A DNA stretch of 20,000 bases from an uncultured virus (IMG/VR IMGVR_UViG_3300005364_000001) (Duplodnaviria; Heunggongvirae; Uroviricota; Caudoviricetes): IMG/VR virus record IMGVR_UViG_3300005364_000001. One strand, given 5' to 3'. A program made the position numbers and the translations under genes. Within the stretch, counting starts at the first letter, position 1; every line of letters starts with the position of its first letter. The notes beneath the pieces are model-generated. The model worked only from the letters and a program-made list of their open reading frames with translations, ran no database searches and was not told where the DNA came from. Shown here one piece after another: positions 16,612-20,000 of this stretch.

Positions 16612-17301
16612 ATGGGGCCCATTCTCGCGTTCGCACCCGATGCAGACACGCCGGGCAGGCACGACGTCAGCGGCGCCTTTCTGCCCGAGGCGCTCCAGTT
16701 CCTGCGCCTGCATGACCCGAGCTCGCTGCCCGTGCGCCGCTTCCCCGCGGCGGGGCCACTCGACGAGCGCCGCGTCGCCGTCAAGCACGCGCTACGCGAG
16801 CGCGCCGAGCAAGGGGCGCCCCTGCTCAAGACGCTGGCGTTCTTCAGCCACGGCTTTCGCACGGGGCTCCAGTGCGGCTATCTGAGCTCGAACGCGCTCA
16901 AGCTCGCGCAGCTCGTGAAGCTGTACTGCAAGCCCGGCGGCTACGTGGTGCTCTATGCCTGCGACACGGGGCGCGATAGCGACATGGACACCGAGGACGA
17001 TCGCATGCCCGGCCCAGGCGGCGAGGGCGGCTTCGCCGACGCGCTGCGCGACGCTTGCGACGCGCTCAACTGTCAGACCTCCGTCGTAGCTCACGCCACG
17101 CGGGGCCACTGCACTATGAATCCTCACGTGCGGATCTTCCGGCCCGGCGGGTACGGCGGCGAGTGGTACGTCGACCCGGGAGACGCGGCGCTCTTTCTGC
17201 GCTGGCGCAAGGCGCTGCACTCGATCTCGACCTTGCGCTTTCGGTTCCCGTTCATGACCTCGGAGGCGATCCGCGACGAGCTCACGCCGCGCGTAGCGTG
17301 A
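16612..17301 (+). CDS. Putative cysteine peptidase of the caspase/hemoglobinase-like fold
   Basis: Strand-His-Gly (LAFFSHG) and strand-Ala-Cys (VVLYACDTG) followed by GGFADAL helix, the His/Cys dyad layout of clan CD-like proteases. Confidence 0.55.
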   Translation: MGPILAFAPDADTPGRHDVSGAFLPEALQFLRLHDPSSLPVRRFPAAGPLDERRVAVKHALRERAEQGAPLLKTLAFFSHGFRTGLQCGYLSSNALKLAQLVKLYCKPGGYVVLYACDTGRDSDMDTEDDRMPGPGGEGGFADALRDACDALNCQTSVVAHATRGHCTMNPHVRIFRPGGYGGEWYVDPGDAALFLRWRKALHSISTLRFRFPFMTSEAIRDELTPRVA

Positions 17302-17307
17302 TCGCCG

Positions 17308-17940
17308 ATGCAGGACCCCGGCATGGTCAACACGATGCTGGGCTTCTTCGGAACGATCGCGGCGTCGGTCGGCGCCTACATCGCTGTGATCAAGGTCAAG
17401 GCGAACGCCGCGCTCAAGCAGGCCGAGGCCGATGCGACGCAGGCGCTGGCGGTGCAAGAGGCGCTGCGCGCGACCAACACGCGCCTCGACATGCTCGAGA
17501 CGCTGCGCGAGAAAGACCGCAAGGCGGCCGAGGAATGGCGCACGGTAGCGCTCGAGGCCAAGCGCGAGCTGCTCGAGCACGAGAAGCGATTTCGCGAGCT
17601 CGAGCGCCACGCGCGCCAGCTGCGCGACGAGTACGAGCTCAAGCTCAGGGAGGGGATGAGTCATGCAGACAGCACAGACAGCCATCGACTGGATCGGGAT
17701 GCTCGACGTGATCGCGAAGCTGGCGTTGATCCCTATCCTGGCCGCGGCACTGGTACTCGCGGCCAAGCACCTCGGGATCAAGCTGAGCGCCCAGCAGGAG
17801 ATCGACCTCCAGCGCTCGCTCGAGCGCGGCCTGCTCCTGGCCGAGGAGCAGGGGACCAAGTGGCTGAAAGACCATGGTCAAAAGATCCCGGGGCACGAAA
17901 AGCTGGCGATCGCGGTCCAGGAGGCACGGGAGGCCAGTAA
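17308..17940 (+). CDS. Membrane-anchored coiled-coil protein (lysis-associated?)
   Basis: N-terminal TM (MLGFFGTIAASVGAYIAVIKV) then heptad-like E/R/L-rich region to about aa 115; the rest overlaps the holin gene and is low-complexity, so the 3' end is uncertain. Confidence 0.6.
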   Translation: MQDPGMVNTMLGFFGTIAASVGAYIAVIKVKANAALKQAEADATQALAVQEALRATNTRLDMLETLREKDRKAAEEWRTVALEAKRELLEHEKRFRELERHARQLRDEYELKLREGMSHADSTDSHRLDRDARRDREAGVDPYPGRGTGTRGQAPRDQAERPAGDRPPALARARPAPGRGAGDQVAERPWSKDPGARKAGDRGPGGTGGQ

Positions 17941-18118
17941 GACCGGGCTGAGCCAGTTCCCCACCGACCCGCCCGTCGAGAAGCTGATCGAGGCCGAGCT
18001 CGTGCGCTTTCGGCCGCTGCTGAGCAGCCCCCCGCCGCCGTCGTACTCGCTGAGCCCGCCGCGCGCGCCGAGCATGGTGCCCCTCACGCCACACGAGGTC
18101 CTGCCGCGCGAGGTCTAG
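17663..18118 (+). CDS. Putative holin, LL-H-like family
   Basis: Strong SD GGAGGGG; single N-terminal TM; motifs LLLAEEQ...GHEKLAIA...VEKLIEAEL similar to LL-H holins. Confidence 0.65.
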   Translation: MQTAQTAIDWIGMLDVIAKLALIPILAAALVLAAKHLGIKLSAQQEIDLQRSLERGLLLAEEQGTKWLKDHGQKIPGHEKLAIAVQEAREASKTGLSQFPTDPPVEKLIEAELVRFRPLLSSPPPPSYSLSPPRAPSMVPLTPHEVLPREV

Positions 18119-18387
18119 CGCAGCCGCCCGGCCCGGATGTCGTTGATCGCGCTCACCAGCGCCGCCGGCGTGCCCGTGAGCTGCGCCTGCGCAAGCCGCC
18201 CGAGGATCTGCTCGCGGTAGGCGTAGAAGGCCTGGGCGAAGTCGGGCGCCTTGACGCCCCTGAGCGCCAAGAGCGCCAGCTTGTGGCCGAGCAGCATCTC
18301 GAGCGCGTTCCACTCGGCTTGATTGAGCGTCGAGGCCGCCGGGGGCAGCCGCTGCATCACGTCGGGGTGGCGGTCGTCCTTGGGCAT
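18115..18387 (-). CDS. Hypothetical protein (about 90 aa)
   Basis: TGATG coupling to the ERF gene (alternative GTG at 18390); convergent CTAG stop overlap with the holin. Confidence 0.6.
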   Translation of the reverse strand: MPKDDRHPDVMQRLPPAASTLNQAEWNALEMLLGHKLALLALRGVKAPDFAQAFYAYREQILGRLAQAQLTGTPAALVSAINDIRAGRLR

Positions 18388-19379
18388 CACAGCAGCGTGC
18401 CATCCCGCCGGTCGTGCATGTCGCCGGTCGCGGCGTCGACGATCACCTCGCCAAAGGGCAGGGGGCCAAGCTCCTTGACGTCGCGGCGCAGGTCATCGGG
18501 CTTGAGCCCGAGCTCCTCGCAGCGCGTGATCCACGCGGCCCCGACCAGCTTGCGCTCGGGCTCGGGTAGCTTGTGCGCGCTCGCGATGCGCGACCAGGTC
18601 ACGAGCCGCGCCGACGTGGTCGTGGTCTTGATATCGCTGACCAGCTGCTCGGCCCGCGCGTGCGCCTCGGCGAGCTCAGCCTCCGTGAAGTCGCGGTGCT
18701 TGGGCTGCTGCTGCTGTGGCTGCTGCGCCGGCGGGCTCACCTGCGCCGGGCCCTGGCTCGGGCGCTGCGCGTTGCGCGGCGCTGCATCGCGGCCGCCGCC
18801 GCGCCAGCTGCGCGCGTCAGGATCGTTGTGCTGCTCGCCCTGCATGTCTTCATCGCGGCCGCCGCCGGCGATGCGCATGAGCGACGTCAGCAGCAGCCGA
18901 TCGGCCGACGTGCGCGCGATGCCCGAGGCCTTGTTTCCCGGCATGGTGATCGGGCGGATCACGCGCACGACCGCCGCGCCGCTCGTGTGCGTCACGAGGC
19001 ACACGACCCGCCACTTCCAGATCGTTTGGGCGCCGCGGCCACTCGAGTAGTGGATCTCCTCCTCGAGGTCGGCGGACACCTGCTCGACACTCAGGCCCTC
19101 GCTCGCCATCGCCTCGCGCACCGACTCGAGGATCGAGGCCATCCCCGTATAGGAATATCCCTGCTCCTGGTTGCGCTCGGACTTGGCCAGGACCCCTTTG
19201 CTCTTGAGGATCGCGCGGCAAATCGCCTCGCGCAGCTCGGGCAGCTTGTCGCGCCCCGCGGCGAGCTCGTCGCGCAGCCAGTCGGGCAGTGGCTCCGTGT
19301 GCTGGACCGGCGTGTGCGCGGGCGGCTGGGTGGGCGTGGCGAAGTGCGTCGTCGAGGCGGGCGGGTCGGGGTACGTCAT
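18387..19379 (-). CDS. erf: ERF-superfamily single-strand annealing protein
   Basis: AKSERNQEQGYSYTGMASILESVREAMASEGLSVEQ...LVTHTSG...KASGIARTSADRLLLTSLMRIAGGGRDED corresponds to the ERF core (K...N....Y.Y..L..I; H.SGE; G.A.TYA.RY.L.....I...DDD), then a Q/P-rich linker. Confidence 0.8.
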   Translation of the reverse strand: MTYPDPPASTTHFATPTQPPAHTPVQHTEPLPDWLRDELAAGRDKLPELREAICRAILKSKGVLAKSERNQEQGYSYTGMASILESVREAMASEGLSVEQVSADLEEEIHYSSGRGAQTIWKWRVVCLVTHTSGAAVVRVIRPITMPGNKASGIARTSADRLLLTSLMRIAGGGRDEDMQGEQHNDPDARSWRGGGRDAAPRNAQRPSQGPAQVSPPAQQPQQQQPKHRDFTEAELAEAHARAEQLVSDIKTTTTSARLVTWSRIASAHKLPEPERKLVGAAWITRCEELGLKPDDLRRDVKELGPLPFGEVIVDAATGDMHDRRDGTLL

Positions 19380-19455
19380 GCGCCGGATCTTACCATTCGT
19401 TTTGGAAAAATGGTTGCCAAGTTCACGCCTGCGTGATCAGGTGCGGCGCATGACG
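19374..19455. promoter_or_regulatory. Divergent promoter region bounded by a 12-bp inverted repeat
   Basis: AT-rich 70-bp gap; minus-strand extended -10 TGGTAAGAT 7 nt before the erf ATG; plus-strand TTGCCA-17-TCAGGT; CGTCATGCGCCG / CGGCGCATGACG overlap both start codons. Confidence 0.6.
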
Positions 19456-19668
19456 CTCGACGAGTGGGTGCGTCGCCGGGGCTGGGGCGCGCTGTCTGAG
19501 CTTGCGCGAGAGACCCAGGTGTCACGACCCACGATCAGAAAGATGCTCAGGCGCGAGGCCGTGCGCGCCGACGCAGCGCTCAAGGTGGCCGAGTTTATCG
19601 GCTGCGACTATCGCCTCCTCAGTAACCCCAAGCCGCGGCGCAAGCTCGCGAGAAAGGCCCGCGCGTGA
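19450..19668 (+). CDS. Cro/XRE-like HTH transcriptional regulator (72 aa)
   Basis: MTLDEWV...LSELARETQVSRPTIRKML...AALKVAEFIG is a typical Cro-like HTH; first gene of the divergent unit. Confidence 0.8.
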   Translation: MTLDEWVRRRGWGALSELARETQVSRPTIRKMLRREAVRADAALKVAEFIGCDYRLLSNPKPRRKLARKARA

Positions 19669-19955
19669 GACTGCTCGATGGGCTTGAGCGTGCACAAGTG
19701 CGCGCGCTGATCGTCTGCTCGCTGCGCACTCAAGGCTACGACTCACGGATCCGGCTCGTGTGGGGCGAGGGCGGCCAGCTCGAGATGATCTCGATCGGCC
19801 TCGTGCTCGAGCCGTGGTCGTTCAAGCGGCTGCGCTTTTGGTGGTACGGCGAGAAGGCCTTCGCGCCGATCGAGCGCTACGTGCAGCGCGTGCTGATCGA
19901 GGCGGGGCTCCCGTCCGCCGCGGTGTACCTCGTGCTCGAGGACCCCGCGCCATGA
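19665..19955 (+). CDS. Hypothetical protein (96 aa)
   Basis: GTGA overlap with the Cro-like gene and ATGA overlap with the next ORF. Confidence 0.6.
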   Translation: MRLLDGLERAQVRALIVCSLRTQGYDSRIRLVWGEGGQLEMISIGLVLEPWSFKRLRFWWYGEKAFAPIERYVQRVLIEAGLPSAAVYLVLEDPAP

Positions 19956-20000
19956 GGGCGCCGCCTAAGCGCTTCGCGGCGCCGGTGGTGCTCGCGGCCG
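19952..20000 (+). CDS. 5' end of a hypothetical gene running off the window
   Basis: ATGA coupling, GAGGA upstream, open to the window end (MRAPPKRFAAPVVLAA). Confidence 0.4.
   Translation, partial: MRAPPKRFAAPVVLAA

Noticed and set aside
17308..18118. Rz/Rz1 spanin pair
   Set aside because: The overlapped gene has no lipobox cysteine and resembles an LL-H holin

Overview
High-GC (roughly 70% by eye) segment of a contractile-tailed phage, prophage or phage-plasmid, probably from a myxobacterial host (inferred from a DAG/DAA-repeat lipoprotein). The + strand carries a tail/baseplate module: tape measure (5'-truncated), LysM/tail-X protein, hub, spike, candidate receptor-binding protein, gp25/W-like protein and two J-like wedge proteins. 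It is followed by two paralogous fibre-like genes flanking an inverted lipoprotein gene, then a putative lysis block (caspase-fold HG..C protein, TM/coiled-coil protein, LL-H-like holin). The right end has a divergent early switch (ERF-family annealing protein on -, Cro-like HTH on +). The most striking element is a ~1.9 kb cassette (11204-13133) inside the tail module that looks like a plasmid-style, antisense-controlled replicon. It has a minus-strand promoter (TTGCTT-17-TAGATT) for a ~85-90 nt hairpin counter-transcript, and an unannotated 38-aa leader ORF whose stop overlaps a hairpin-sequestered TTG start. The downstream wHTH initiator gene contains 22-bp iteron-like units and a perfect DnaA box, and is followed by a ~115-nt branched structure. 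All protein calls come from motif recognition and synteny, not from database searches.
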